DNA of 64,000 nt from Actinomycetota bacterium (GCA_020636995.1 JACJWU010000006.1:217087-281086); one strand, 5' to 3'. Shown: positions 47,169 to 58,065, counted from the stretch's first letter. Notes: generated by a model not told the origin, from the letters alone. A program made the numbers and translations.

Positions 47169-47202
47169 GGGTGGGGCCGGTCTGGCGGGACCGGTCCCAC
47201 CC
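47169..47202. terminator. GC-rich hairpin between convergent narK2 and moeA
   Basis: GGGTGGGGCCGGTC pairs with GACCGGTCCCACCC with one mismatch. Confidence 0.45.
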
Positions 47203-47216
47203 GCCATCGTTGCCGG

Positions 47217-48359
47217 TCATGGCAGCGCGAGCCAAGCCACGGTGTCGCCTTCGGCAGCACCACCGGGTGGGAGTACCGCGAAACCATCGGCGGCGGCGAG
47301 GCCGCGCAGCATGGCCGAGCCCAGATGCTGCACCGGCGTGGCGGTCAGGCCATCGAGTCCGCAGGCCAGCAGGCGGTGTTCATGGTCCGGCGCCTTGGCT
47401 GCCTGCGCCAACATGACCTGCGGAAGGTCGTCGGACCGGCGGCCCAGCAATGCCTCGAACAGCGGCTTGCCGAGGGAGACCAGGGACACGATGGCGCTCT
47501 GCGGATTGCCCGGCAGGGCCAGTAGCCACGTCGGCCCGAGGCGCGCGAGAGCCATCGGGTGTCCGGGCCGCACGGCCACGGAATCCACGACAAAACCGCC
47601 GCCCAACTCCGCCACGGCAGTATGCAGATGGTCGACCGGTCCGGCCGCAGTCCCCCCGGTGGTCATCACCACATCGACCCGCTCACTGACCTCCCGCAGC
47701 GCCGCTACATGCGCATTCAGCGTGTCCTGGACCCGGCGCACCTCGACGACCTCCGCACCCAGCCTCCGCACCCACCCGGGCAACTGCGGACCCAGTGCGT
47801 CACGGACCTGCCCGATGCCGGCCACGCCGGTCTCGACGAGTTCGTCGCCGAACAGCACCAACGCCACCCGCGGGACCCGCCGCACCTCGACCTCGTCGAT
47901 CCCGGCGGCGGCCAGCAGACCCATCGCCGCCGGGGTCACGACGGTGCCCGCCTCGAGCAGAACCTCGCCGGTGCGGCATTCCTCGCCAGCCGGTCGCATG
48001 TGTGAACCCTGCTGGTACGCAGCCGTGAGCACCCGGTCCAGCACACCGTCCTCGCGTTTGATCACCGCCGTGGCACCCACCGGCACAGCGGCGCCGGTGG
48101 CGATCACACAGCCGCGTCCTGCCGTGAGTTCGACGGCTGGCGCAGAACCTGCCAGCACCTCGCCGCTGATCTCCCACGGCCCCTCCCCCGACACCGCCCA
48201 GCCGTCCATGGCCGCGGTATCGAAGGCGGGGAGGTCGGTCAACGCGACCTGGTCGGCTGCCAGCGTGCGCCCGTCGGCCATCGCCAGAGGCACCGTCTCG
48301 GCGGGCAGCGGCGACGCCGAGCCGGCCACCTCACGTGCGGCGTACCAGCCCTCACTCAC
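47217..48359 (-). CDS. moeA: Molybdopterin molybdenumtransferase
   Basis: The protein resembles MoeA along its full length (AAMDGWAV, TTGGT) and is 380 aa. Confidence 0.9.
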   Translation of the reverse strand: MSEGWYAAREVAGSASPLPAETVPLAMADGRTLAADQVALTDLPAFDTAAMDGWAVSGEGPWEISGEVLAGSAPAVELTAGRGCVIATGAAVPVGATAVIKREDGVLDRVLTAAYQQGSHMRPAGEECRTGEVLLEAGTVVTPAAMGLLAAAGIDEVEVRRVPRVALVLFGDELVETGVAGIGQVRDALGPQLPGWVRRLGAEVVEVRRVQDTLNAHVAALREVSERVDVVMTTGGTAAGPVDHLHTAVAELGGGFVVDSVAVRPGHPMALARLGPTWLLALPGNPQSAIVSLVSLGKPLFEALLGRRSDDLPQVMLAQAAKAPDHEHRLLACGLDGLTATPVQHLGSAMLRGLAAADGFAVLPPGGAAEGDTVAWLALP

Positions 48360-49149
48360 CCGGGGTGTCCCACGCCTGCGCCAGCGCCGCGATCTTCGCT
48401 GCCGCTTCGGCAGGGGACGCTCCGGCGCCGACAGCGAGGCCGAGCAGGTACGTAGTCACCGGCGCGGCCGGTCGCTGCACCTTGTGGGCGGCGTCCTTGG
48501 CCACATCCAGGATGAGATCGACATCGACGTCGGCATCCAGTCCGAGTTCCTTCTTCACCGCATCCAGCCAGCTCTGCATGTCGACCCTCTCCTCGTCGGA
48601 CTCCATTATCGCCAGACGTTCTTCCGCGGCGACCAGAGCCGCTGGAGTGTCGATGTCGGCGAAGGCCGACTCGGGCATCGGGACAGCACGGACCTGCAGC
48701 CGATCCAGCAGCGCGCGCATGGAGGTGCCCGCCACCAGTTCCGCGTCGCGCAGGGCGGCCGTGCGGTACGCCGCCGCCAGCGGCTGCAAGTGCCCTCCGG
48801 CCCGTGGCACTCGCGCATCCTCGGGACCCATGCTCTGGGTGAGTCGCGCGACCACTGGGACGGCCCAAGGCATGTCTGCGGCGATCACCCCCACCACGTC
48901 GGTGTGGGCGAGTTCGACGCCCGCGTCGATCGCCGCCACCGGACCGCCCCCGGGGGGATCTTCACGGGTCACCTGCACCGATCGCTGTACGCCGGGATCC
49001 GGACCGACGACCACCACCGGCACATCCGCGGGGATCTGGTCCAGCACCCGGTCGATCATCCGTCGGCCCGCGACGACCACGGTGGCCTTGTCCTGGCCGA
49101 GCCGCGTCGAACCGCCACCGGTGAGCACGATTGCCGTCCAGGACGCCAC
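48352..49149 (-). CDS. mobA: MobA-like molybdenum cofactor guanylyltransferase fused to a C-terminal DUF6457-like domain
   Basis: The N-terminus LTGGGSTRLGQDK is the NTP-transferase signature. The C-terminal roughly 80 aa (WLDAVKKELGLD...) resembles a separate small domain often found with mobA in actinobacteria, from memory. Confidence 0.8.
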   Translation of the reverse strand: MASWTAIVLTGGGSTRLGQDKATVVVAGRRMIDRVLDQIPADVPVVVVGPDPGVQRSVQVTREDPPGGGPVAAIDAGVELAHTDVVGVIAADMPWAVPVVARLTQSMGPEDARVPRAGGHLQPLAAAYRTAALRDAELVAGTSMRALLDRLQVRAVPMPESAFADIDTPAALVAAEERLAIMESDEERVDMQSWLDAVKKELGLDADVDVDLILDVAKDAAHKVQRPAAPVTTYLLGLAVGAGASPAEAAAKIAALAQAWDTPGE

Positions 49150-49177
49150 ACCCGCAGACTAAGGGCAGGAGGTTGGC

Positions 49178-49648
49178 ATGAGTGATGGCTTGACGCACAT
49201 CGACGAGCGGGGGCAGGCGCGCATGGTCGATGTCGCCGAGAAGGACGTCACGGTGCGCACCGCGGTGGCCGTCGGCGAGGTCCATACGCACGCAACCGCG
49301 GCGATCCGGGAAGGCGCCGTCGCGAAGGGTGACGTGCTCGCGACCGCCCGCATCGCCGGAATCATGGCCGCCAAGCGCACCTCCGACCTGGTTCCGATGT
49401 GCCACCCCATCGCGATCCACGGCGTGGTCGTGGAGGTCGCTGCGGACGAGGCCGAGGACATCGTCCGGGTCCGCGCACAGGTACGCACGGCCGACCGCAC
49501 CGGTGTCGAGATGGAGGCGCTGACCGCAGTCACAGTCGCCTGCCTCACCATCGTGGACATGACCAAGGCTGTGGATCCCGCAGCCACGATCACCGGGGTC
49601 GCCGTCGTCGAGAAGACCGGGGGACGCAGTGGGGACTGGTCACGGTGA
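49178..49648 (+). CDS. moaC: Cyclic pyranopterin monophosphate synthase
   Basis: The 156-aa protein resembles MoaC along its full length (MVDV..K..T.R.A.A, CHPI). Confidence 0.93.
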   Translation: MSDGLTHIDERGQARMVDVAEKDVTVRTAVAVGEVHTHATAAIREGAVAKGDVLATARIAGIMAAKRTSDLVPMCHPIAIHGVVVEVAADEAEDIVRVRAQVRTADRTGVEMEALTAVTVACLTIVDMTKAVDPAATITGVAVVEKTGGRSGDWSR

Positions 49649-50511
49649 AAGCACGCGTGATCGTCTGCTCCGATTCCGCGGCGGCTGGATCCACCGAGGA
49701 CACGACCGGGCCTGTGCTCGTCACGGGTCTTCGCGACCTCGGGTGCGACGTCGACGAACCCCTGGTGGTGCCCGATGACGTGGCCGCCATCACCGAGGCG
49801 ATCGGTGCCGGGGTGGCTGATGTGATCGTCTGCACGGGAGGCACCGGTCTGGGCCCGCGCGATGTCACGCCGGACGCGGTCCTGGCACTCATCGACCGCG
49901 AACTCCCCGGGTTCGGCGAGGCCTTCCGGGCCCGCGGCCGGGCGCAAACCCCCCTGGCGGACCTGTCCCGCGCGGTCGCGGGCACGCGCGAGGGGTGCCT
50001 GCTCGTGGCCCTCCCCGGCAGTCACGGGGCGATCGCCGACGGCCTCGCGGTGCTCGGCCCACTGCTCGAGCACGCCCACCACGTCATCGCCGGCGCCGAC
50101 CATCGCCGACTCATCCGTTCCACGCCAATCACCACGGCGGAGATCGAGGCGGAGGTGCACCGACCCGACGCCGGTGCGGTGGTTGTCTTCGAGGGCCGCG
50201 TTCGCGATCACGATCATGGACGGTCCGTGGCGTCGTTGACCTACGAGGCACACCCCGACGCGGACGCCGTGCTTCGCGAGGTCGTGGCCGAGGCTCTCGA
50301 CCAGCCAGGGGTTATCGCTGCCGCTTCCCTGCACCGGGTCGGCGACCTGGCCATCGGTGACCTGGCCTTCACAGCGGCGGTGTCCGCCGCGCATCGCGGT
50401 GAGGCCTTCGCGGCGTGCGCCTGGCTCGTCGACGCGGTCAAAGAACGACTGCCGGTGTGGAAACTGCAGCGCTTCACCGACGGAACACAGGAGTGGGTCA
50501 ATTGCGCCTAG
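49645..50511 (+). CDS. MoaB/Mog-like domain fused to molybdopterin synthase catalytic subunit MoaE
   Basis: The N-terminal half carries TGGTG and a MogA/MoaB-like fold signature. The C-terminal half is MoaE-like ([13 protein letters not shown]...WK). GTG 49645 overlaps the moaC stop (GTGA). Confidence 0.8.
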   Translation: MKARVIVCSDSAAAGSTEDTTGPVLVTGLRDLGCDVDEPLVVPDDVAAITEAIGAGVADVIVCTGGTGLGPRDVTPDAVLALIDRELPGFGEAFRARGRAQTPLADLSRAVAGTREGCLLVALPGSHGAIADGLAVLGPLLEHAHHVIAGADHRRLIRSTPITTAEIEAEVHRPDAGAVVVFEGRVRDHDHGRSVASLTYEAHPDADAVLREVVAEALDQPGVIAAASLHRVGDLAIGDLAFTAAVSAAHRGEAFAACAWLVDAVKERLPVWKLQRFTDGTQEWVNCA

Positions 50512-51482
50512 TCGACACCTTCGGACGCGTCCACGACGACCTGCGGGTCTCGTTGACCGACAGATGCTCGCTGCGGTGCACCTACTGCATGCCGGCTGAG
50601 GGCCTGCCCTGGCTGCCCGGCGAGCACATGCTGACCAACGACGAGTTGCTGCGCCTGATCGGCATCGCCGTCGACCTCGGCGTCACTTCCGTACGCCTGA
50701 CCGGCGGGGAACCCCTGCTGCGACCTGACGTCGTGGACATCGTTGCTCGTGTCGCGGCACTCGGCGTGGCGGTGAGCATGACCACCAACGGCCTGCGCCT
50801 GCCCGGGCTGGCCGCGCCCCTCAAGGACGCCGGCCTGCAGCGGGTCAACATCAGCCTCGACACCCTCGACCGCGAGACGTTCAAGCAGATGACCCATCGC
50901 GACCGGCTGGTGGACACCCTGGCCGGCATCAAGGCCGCACAACTGGCCGGGTTGGAGCCCGTCAAGGTGAACACCGTGCTCCTGCGTGGGGTCAACGATC
51001 ACGAGGCCCCGGACCTGCTTCGATGGGCGATCGGGGAGGGCGTGCACCTGCGCTTCATCGAGCAGATGCCGCTGGACCCGCAGCACGGCTGGCGCCGCGA
51101 CGAGATGGTGACCGCCGACGAGATCATGGCCTCGCTGGTGGGCGCGGGCTTCCACCTGAGCCCGATCGACGACCCCGGGCCCGCACCCGCGAGACGGTGG
51201 TCGGTCAACGGCGGGCTGGCCGAGGTGGGCATCGTGGCATCGGTCACCCGGCCCTTCTGCGGGACCTGCAACCGCCTACGGTTGACCGCCGACGGCCAGT
51301 GGCGCAACTGCTTGTTCGCCCACGAGGAGAGCGACCTGCGCACGCTGATTCGGGAAGACGCCACCGACCCGCAGATCGCCGAGCGCATGCAGGCCGGCGT
51401 CGCGGGCAAACGTCCGGGGCACGGCATCGACGACCCGACTTTCCTGCAGCCCCCACGGCCGATGTCGGCGATCGGGGGCTGA
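50502..51482 (+). CDS. moaA: GTP 3',8-cyclase (radical SAM)
   Basis: It has the motif CSLRCTYCMP and a C-terminal Cys cluster (CGTCNRLRLTADG). I propose TTG 50502, after ACAGGAG. The track ORF start at 50415 lies inside the moaE-like gene. Confidence 0.92.
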   Translation: MRLVDTFGRVHDDLRVSLTDRCSLRCTYCMPAEGLPWLPGEHMLTNDELLRLIGIAVDLGVTSVRLTGGEPLLRPDVVDIVARVAALGVAVSMTTNGLRLPGLAAPLKDAGLQRVNISLDTLDRETFKQMTHRDRLVDTLAGIKAAQLAGLEPVKVNTVLLRGVNDHEAPDLLRWAIGEGVHLRFIEQMPLDPQHGWRRDEMVTADEIMASLVGAGFHLSPIDDPGPAPARRWSVNGGLAEVGIVASVTRPFCGTCNRLRLTADGQWRNCLFAHEESDLRTLIREDATDPQIAERMQAGVAGKRPGHGIDDPTFLQPPRPMSAIGG

Positions 51483-51483
51483 C

Positions 51484-51702
51484 GTGGTCACGGTGCGATT
51501 GTTCGCCGCAGCCCGCGAGGCAGCGGGCACGGATCATCTGGAAGTTGCAGCGGGCCCGCTGGTCCTGCCGGACCTCGGACCGCGATTCGCGCAGGTCGCC
51601 ACCATCTGCACGCTGCTGTGTGACGGTGAACGGGTCGCCCTCGGTGACGAGGTCCGCGACGGGGCGGTCGTCGACGTGCTGCCCCCCTTCGCAGGGGGCT
51701 GA
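51484..51702 (+). CDS. moaD: MoaD/ThiS family sulfur carrier
   Basis: The 72-aa protein ends in FAGG (C-terminal Gly-Gly) and lies immediately after moaA. Confidence 0.8.
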   Translation: MVTVRLFAAAREAAGTDHLEVAAGPLVLPDLGPRFAQVATICTLLCDGERVALGDEVRDGAVVDVLPPFAGG

Positions 51703-51705
51703 GCC

Positions 51706-52218
51706 TCAGCGGCCGGTGCCCGCGTAGACCACGGCTTCCCCCTCGGCGTTCAGGCCGAAGGAGGTGTGCAGCGCCTGCACCGCCTTCGCAGCGTCTTCGG
51801 CGCGGGTGACGACCGAGATCCGGATCTCCGAGGTGGAGATCATCTCCACGTTGACGCCGGCATCAGCGAGGGTGCGGAAGAACGTGGCCGACACGCCAGG
51901 GTGCGAGCGCATCCCGGCGCCGACCAGGGACACCTTCGCAATGCCCTCGTCCTGCAGCAACTCGCCGAACGCGATCTCCTCCTGGCGAGCCAGCAGGGCC
52001 GCACTGGCGGCACCGAGGTCGGCGTTGGGCAGCGTGAACGTGATGTCTGTGCTGCCGTCGGCGGACACGTTCTGCACGATCATGTCGAGGTTCACCCCGA
52101 TGCCGGCCAGCGTCTCGAAGACCAGCGCCGCCTCACCAGGCAGGTCCGGCACGGCCGTGACCGTGATCTTGGCCTCGGACAGGTCCTGGCTCACACCGGA
52201 GATGATCGGTTGCTCCAT
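51706..52218 (-). CDS. Aspartate kinase beta subunit (nested in-frame internal start)
   Basis: The internal ATG 52218 (MEQPIISGV...) is preceded by GAGGAG 9 nt upstream. It sits at the position of the known lysC-beta start in Corynebacterium and Mycobacterium and gives 170 aa. Confidence 0.55.
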   Translation of the reverse strand: MEQPIISGVSQDLSEAKITVTAVPDLPGEAALVFETLAGIGVNLDMIVQNVSADGSTDITFTLPNADLGAASAALLARQEEIAFGELLQDEGIAKVSLVGAGMRSHPGVSATFFRTLADAGVNVEMISTSEIRISVVTRAEDAAKAVQALHTSFGLNAEGEAVVYAGTGR

Positions 52219-52968
52219 CGCGATGTTCTCCTCGATCTCGTGCACGACCAGCGTGCCGGGCTTGTCGGTGAAACTGGAACGCACCCGCAGCGGCACGTCG
52301 AAACGGCGGGCGTACTCCACGCACCGCAGATGCAGGACCTTGGCGCCGTGCGCGGCGAGTTCCAGCATCTCCTCGTAGGTGATGTAGGGGACCTGCCGGG
52401 CCGCCGGGACCAACCGCGGGTCCGCGCTGAACACCCCGTCGACGTCGGTGTAGATCTCGCACACGTCGGCGTCGAGGGCCGCCGCCAACGCCACCGCCGT
52501 GGTGTCCGAGCCGCCCCTGCCCAACGTGGTGATGTCCTTGGTGTCCTGGGCGACACCCTGGAACCCGGCGACGATCGGGATCGCGCCTTCGGCCAGTGCC
52601 GCCTGGATGCGGCCCGGCGTCACATCGATGATGCGGGCCTGGCCGTGGTACCGGTCGGTGATCAGGCCGGCCTGGGAGCCGGTGTAGGAGCGCGCTTCGG
52701 CGCCGAGGTCGGAGATCGCCATGGCCAGCAGCGCCATCGAGATCCGCTCGCCGGCGGTCAGCAGCATGTCGAGTTCCCGGCCCGGCGGGTCCGGACTCAC
52801 CTGCTGGGCTAGGTCCATGAGTTCGTCGGTGCTGTCCCCCATCGCGGAGACGACGACGGTGACCTGGTTGCCCGCCCGCTGGGTCTCCACGATTCGCCGA
52901 GCGACCCGTTTGATGCTGTCGGCATCGGCGACGGAAGACCCACCGTACTTCTGCACGACCAGCGCCAC
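51706..52968 (-). CDS. ask: Aspartate kinase (alpha subunit reading frame)
   Basis: GTG 52968 follows AAAGGAG. The N-terminus is [12 protein letters not shown] and there are two C-terminal ACT domains. The protein is 420 aa. The 695-aa track ORF is an over-extension. Confidence 0.95.
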   Translation of the reverse strand: MALVVQKYGGSSVADADSIKRVARRIVETQRAGNQVTVVVSAMGDSTDELMDLAQQVSPDPPGRELDMLLTAGERISMALLAMAISDLGAEARSYTGSQAGLITDRYHGQARIIDVTPGRIQAALAEGAIPIVAGFQGVAQDTKDITTLGRGGSDTTAVALAAALDADVCEIYTDVDGVFSADPRLVPAARQVPYITYEEMLELAAHGAKVLHLRCVEYARRFDVPLRVRSSFTDKPGTLVVHEIEENIAMEQPIISGVSQDLSEAKITVTAVPDLPGEAALVFETLAGIGVNLDMIVQNVSADGSTDITFTLPNADLGAASAALLARQEEIAFGELLQDEGIAKVSLVGAGMRSHPGVSATFFRTLADAGVNVEMISTSEIRISVVTRAEDAAKAVQALHTSFGLNAEGEAVVYAGTGR

Positions 52969-53011
52969 GGGCGAACTCCTTTTCTGCTCTCGCCAATGGT
53001 AGCGGGGGCTG

Positions 53012-53145
53012 GCGTACGGAACTGGTTGGCCCGACCCCCTCGCCAACCAGTTCCGTACGTGACACGCCGCGATTCGGGGGTGCGGGCCGAACGGCATCGC
53101 GTGTTGCTGGTTCGCGGGGGCAGCGGGCCAACCAGTTTCGTACGC
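53012..53145. repeat. ask/ahcY intergenic repeat set (GCGTACGGAACTGGTTGGC arm; one forward and two inverted copies)
   Basis: The forward arm is at 53012..53030. The 18-nt perfect inverted copy is at 53042..53059. A second inverted copy with one change is at 53127..53145. Confidence 0.85.
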
Positions 53146-53191
53146 GCAGTCCGCCGTTGTGCGCTCCCGAGCCTCCTGAGAGACTGGGCAA

Positions 53192-54619
<1,428 letters not shown>

Positions 54620-54650
54620 CGCGGGCGCTTCGAGCCGGTAGCGTGCATCC

Positions 54651-55208
54651 ATGAAGATCGCCCACGCGGCCGTCGCTGCCGCCCTCGTCGTCCCCGCCCT
54701 CGTGGCCACGCCCGCGTCCGCGGCGACCAACACGGTCAAGGTCAAGGTGTCCGTGGACAACTGCACCAACTGTGAAGTCATGGCCACGTGGAGCAAGAAG
54801 GCAGGACTGAACAGCAAGTACAAGAGTGCCTCCAAGATCCTGAAGGCTGACAACGACACCGTGACGTTCAAGGTGCCCAAGGGGTACTGGCTGTACTTCA
54901 CCGCCACCAGCCCGGAGGCGGATGTCGATGCGGCATCGGTGCTCGTCACGCAGTACGTGGGCCAGAAGCAGGGATCCAAGGTGTCGCTGAAGAAGGCCAA
55001 GAAGGGCACGAAAGGCGCCTACTTCTGCATGATCGCGGCGAAGGGGACCATCGAGGCCTCCGCCGGCATCGTGAAGTCCAAGGGTTCGAACCTGCTGGCC
55101 GTGTGGGCCACCCCGCAGTTGGAGGCCCAGGGGGCCAAGCTGCCGGGCAAGCAGAGCATCAAGGGTGTCTACGGCACACAGAACACGTTGCCCTGCCAAG
55201 GGAGTTGA
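54651..55208 (+). CDS. Secreted hypothetical protein (signal peptide, Lys-rich, 4 Cys)
   Basis: The signal peptide is MKIAHAAVAAALVVPALVATPASA|A. I recognise no family. Composition is visibly less GC-rich than the flanking genes. Confidence 0.6.
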   Translation: MKIAHAAVAAALVVPALVATPASAATNTVKVKVSVDNCTNCEVMATWSKKAGLNSKYKSASKILKADNDTVTFKVPKGYWLYFTATSPEADVDAASVLVTQYVGQKQGSKVSLKKAKKGTKGAYFCMIAAKGTIEASAGIVKSKGSNLLAVWATPQLEAQGAKLPGKQSIKGVYGTQNTLPCQGS

Positions 55209-55213
55209 TCCGT

Positions 55214-55251
55214 CCTCAGCCCCGCCTCCGGTCACGGCGGCGGGGCTGAGG
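55214..55251 (+). terminator. GC-rich hairpin after the secreted-protein gene
   Basis: CCTCAGCCCCGCC pairs with GGCGGGGCTGAGG, a 13-bp perfect stem. No U tract follows. Confidence 0.5.
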
Positions 55252-55332
55252 CGTACCCGAGCAGGCGGATCGGTCCGTGCAGCCGGGTACTACAGTTACT
55301 GGTCTGTGGAGTTGCACTGAGGGGAAAGATCC

Positions 55333-56526
55333 ATGTCGAAACGGTTGTTCACGTCTGAATCCGTGACCGAAGGCCATCCCGACAAGATGGCCGACCAGAT
55401 CTCGGACACCATCCTGGACGCGATGCTCAAGGACGATCCGAAGAGCCGGGTCGCCGTCGAGACCTTCCTGACCACGGGACTGTGTGTCGTGGGTGGCGAG
55501 GTGACCACCTCCACGTGGGTCGACATCCCGGAACTGGTGCGCGAGACCGTCCTCGACATCGGCTACGACTCCTCGGAGAAGGGTTTCGACGGGAAGTCCT
55601 GCGGGGTCTCCATCGCGATCGGTAAGCAGTCCCCCGACATCGCAGTCGGCGTCAATGACGCCTTCGAGGAGCGGGTGGGTCACAGCCACGACCCGCTGGA
55701 CTCGCAAGGCGCCGGTGACCAGGGACTGATGTTCGGCTACGCCTGCGACGACACCCCGGAACTCATGCCGCTGCCCATCTCACTGGCGCACCGGCTGGCC
55801 AAGCGCCTGACCGACGTCCGCAAGGACAAGACCCTGCCCTACCTGCGCCCGGACGGCAAGACCCAGGTGACGATCGAGTACGACGGCGAGCAGGCCCGCC
55901 GCCTCGACACCGTGGTGCTGAGCACCCAGCACGCGCCCCGGATCGACCTCGAGAACATGCTCGCCCCGGACATCCGCGAACACGTCGTGGATCCGGTGCT
56001 CGCCGACCTGGATCTGCAGACCGACGGGTACCGGCTGCTGGTCAACCCGACCGGCATCTTCGAGATCGGCGGCCCGCAGGGCGACGCCGGCCTGACCGGA
56101 CGCAAGATCATCGTCGACACCTACGGGGGAATGGCTCGGCACGGTGGTGGCGCCTTCTCCGGCAAGGACCCGTCCAAGGTCGACCGGTCCGCGGCGTATG
56201 CGATGCGCTGGGTGGCCAAGAACGTCGTCGCCGCAGGGCTGGCCAAGAAGTGCGAGGTGCAGGTGGCCTACGCCATCGGCGTCTCCCACCCGGTGGGGCT
56301 CTTCGTGCAGACCTTCGGCACCGGGACGGTCCCCGACGAGCAGATCCAGCAGGCGGTCACAGAGGTCTTCGACCTACGGCCGGCAGCGATCGTCGCGGAA
56401 CTCGATCTGCTGCGCCCGATCTATGCACAGACGGCCGCCTACGGTCACTTCGGCCGGGAGCTGCCGGACTTCACGTGGGAGAGCACGCACCGCGCACCTG
56501 CGCTCGCTGCGGCCGTCAAAGGCTAG
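55333..56526 (+). CDS. metK: S-adenosylmethionine synthase
   Basis: [17 protein letters not shown] and GGGAFSGKD are present, and the 397-aa protein resembles MetK along its full length. Confidence 0.97.
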   Translation: MSKRLFTSESVTEGHPDKMADQISDTILDAMLKDDPKSRVAVETFLTTGLCVVGGEVTTSTWVDIPELVRETVLDIGYDSSEKGFDGKSCGVSIAIGKQSPDIAVGVNDAFEERVGHSHDPLDSQGAGDQGLMFGYACDDTPELMPLPISLAHRLAKRLTDVRKDKTLPYLRPDGKTQVTIEYDGEQARRLDTVVLSTQHAPRIDLENMLAPDIREHVVDPVLADLDLQTDGYRLLVNPTGIFEIGGPQGDAGLTGRKIIVDTYGGMARHGGGAFSGKDPSKVDRSAAYAMRWVAKNVVAAGLAKKCEVQVAYAIGVSHPVGLFVQTFGTGTVPDEQIQQAVTEVFDLRPAAIVAELDLLRPIYAQTAAYGHFGRELPDFTWESTHRAPALAAAVKG

Positions 56527-56580
56527 TTCTTCCGAACGCTGGGCCCGGCAACGTGGTGCGTCCGCGGCCGGGAGCCAGGC

Positions 56581-56982
56581 TCATTCGTCGAGACCGGCGG
56601 CGTCCCGCACCGCCTTCTCGAACGCATCCGGATCGGCCACGGTGACCGTCAGTCCCGGATGCAGGATGATGCCCGACGGATCGAGGATCTTGACCGGTTC
56701 TTTGAACTCCACGCAGACACCGCCGGCCGTGGTCGTGCCAAATGTGGCCCCCCTGTCGCTAAATGAACCCCTGGCCCCGATAGCCTTCACTGCTGAGTAG
56801 GGGCCGGTGCGGGTCACGCAGGAGATGTTCTTGAGGGAGGTGCGGCACCGCCACGGACCGAACCGGGCGTCCAGGGATTTGGCGCTGACATCGACCCTTG
56901 CGGTGAGTGGAGTCACCCCGATAGCCGCCAGCGCGGGGAGATACTTCTTTTCAAAGGCGAAGTCGAAACGCACAAGACCCAC
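56581..56982 (-). CDS. Hypothetical protein
   Basis: The 133-aa ORF has plausible codon bias. I recognise no family. Confidence 0.5.
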   Translation of the reverse strand: MGLVRFDFAFEKKYLPALAAIGVTPLTARVDVSAKSLDARFGPWRCRTSLKNISCVTRTGPYSAVKAIGARGSFSDRGATFGTTTAGGVCVEFKEPVKILDPSGIILHPGLTVTVADPDAFEKAVRDAAGLDE

Positions 56983-57005
56983 CGTACGACGGGCCCACAG
57001 GTGAG

Positions 57006-58064
57006 GTGAAGGACATGATCAGGAAGGGACATTTCCCGTTCCTCCCTGAACCCATGCCGTCCGACCCCGCGGACACCCGGCGGAGCAACCGCAGCCGGCT
57101 CCTGCAGTCGATCATCACGCGCGGTCCGGCCACTCGCGCGGAGCTGTCACGGCGCCTCGGCCTGAGTCGGCCGACCATCTCCGTGATCGTCGGTGAGTTG
57201 CTCACGGTGGGGGTGATCACCGAGGGCGACCGGGTCTCCAGCGGCGGGGCACCGGGGACACTGCTCGAGATCTCCAAGCAGACCGGCGTCATCACCGTGG
57301 CCGATCTGCGATCACCCAACGAGGTACGCCTCGCAGCGGTGTCTGCTGCCGGTGAGGTGGTGACGGCTGACGACGTCCGGGCGGTCACAACCGATCAGGT
57401 CCTCGCGGCGGTCACGACCTTCATCGAGCGCTGCGAGCCCCAGACGGTGATCGGTGTTGTCCTCGCGGTTCCCGGGATGGTCGTACGCGGTGAGTGGTCG
57501 GGTACCGACGAGCGCGACGGTGAGGCGCTGGCGCTCGGATTGCGCCGGGCGCTGCGCCTTCCGGTACTGGCCGTGAACGCCGCCGAGGCAACGGCGATCG
57601 CCGACCTGCGGGACAGCCCCTCCGATGTGGGCATGGCGACGATCATGCTCGACGACGTAGTGTCCGTGGCGTTGATCCTCGGTGGACGGCTGCACTCGGG
57701 GGTCCGTCGCCCGACCGGTGAGATCACCCACCTCGTGCCAGGCACCCCGGGTCCGGTCTGCGATCAGTGCGGGCGCGAGTGTCTCGTGGCCCAGCTGCGG
57801 ACTCTGTCCCTCCCCTCCGTTGATGCGTCCGCGCCCGCCGTCGCCGCGGTCCTTGCCCCGATCGCCGCAGCGGTGGAACTCGGCGACGTGGTGCTCAGCG
57901 GCTTCCCCGAGCAGACCGCCGAGGCCCTGGCCCCGCTGGTACAGGAGGAACTGCGTACCAGGATGCCTCCGGCGGAGGTACCCGAGGTGCGCGTGTCCCG
58001 TCGGGGGGCGGCTGCCACCCCCATCGGGGCGGCGGCCCTGCTTCTCTACCGCATCCTCGGCTGA
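57006..58064 (+). CDS. ROK family transcriptional regulator
   Basis: The N-terminal wHTH is present (NRSRLLQSIITRGPATRAELSRRLGLSRPTISVIVGELL), followed by a ROK sugar-kinase-like body with a Cys motif (CDQCGRECL). The start is uncertain. Confidence 0.8.
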   Translation: MKDMIRKGHFPFLPEPMPSDPADTRRSNRSRLLQSIITRGPATRAELSRRLGLSRPTISVIVGELLTVGVITEGDRVSSGGAPGTLLEISKQTGVITVADLRSPNEVRLAAVSAAGEVVTADDVRAVTTDQVLAAVTTFIERCEPQTVIGVVLAVPGMVVRGEWSGTDERDGEALALGLRRALRLPVLAVNAAEATAIADLRDSPSDVGMATIMLDDVVSVALILGGRLHSGVRRPTGEITHLVPGTPGPVCDQCGRECLVAQLRTLSLPSVDASAPAVAAVLAPIAAAVELGDVVLSGFPEQTAEALAPLVQEELRTRMPPAEVPEVRVSRRGAAATPIGAAALLLYRILG

Positions 58065-58065
58065 C

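Noticed and set aside
49150-49177. A Moco riboswitch upstream of moaC.
   Set aside because: Only 28 nt separate the divergent start codons, which is far too short for the roughly 130-nt Moco RNA motif. I saw no candidate upstream of moaA, narK or the YdeP gene either.
45880-49185. A 1101-aa plus-strand ORF spanning narK2, moeA and mobA. The 958-aa minus-strand ORF at 52133..55009 is a similar case.
   Set aside because: Both run through several well-supported genes in other frames or on the other strand, and both have low-complexity Arg/Pro/Gly-rich translations.
53080-53191. A possible SAH riboswitch upstream of ahcY, suggested by strings such as GCGCTCCCGAGCCTCC.
   Set aside because: The conserved SAH-riboswitch blocks (GAGGAGCGCUGC ... 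CAGGCUCGG ... AACGGCGCUC) are not present in the right order on the + strand. Similar words appear only scrambled or on the reverse complement. An Infernal scan with RF01057 would settle it.
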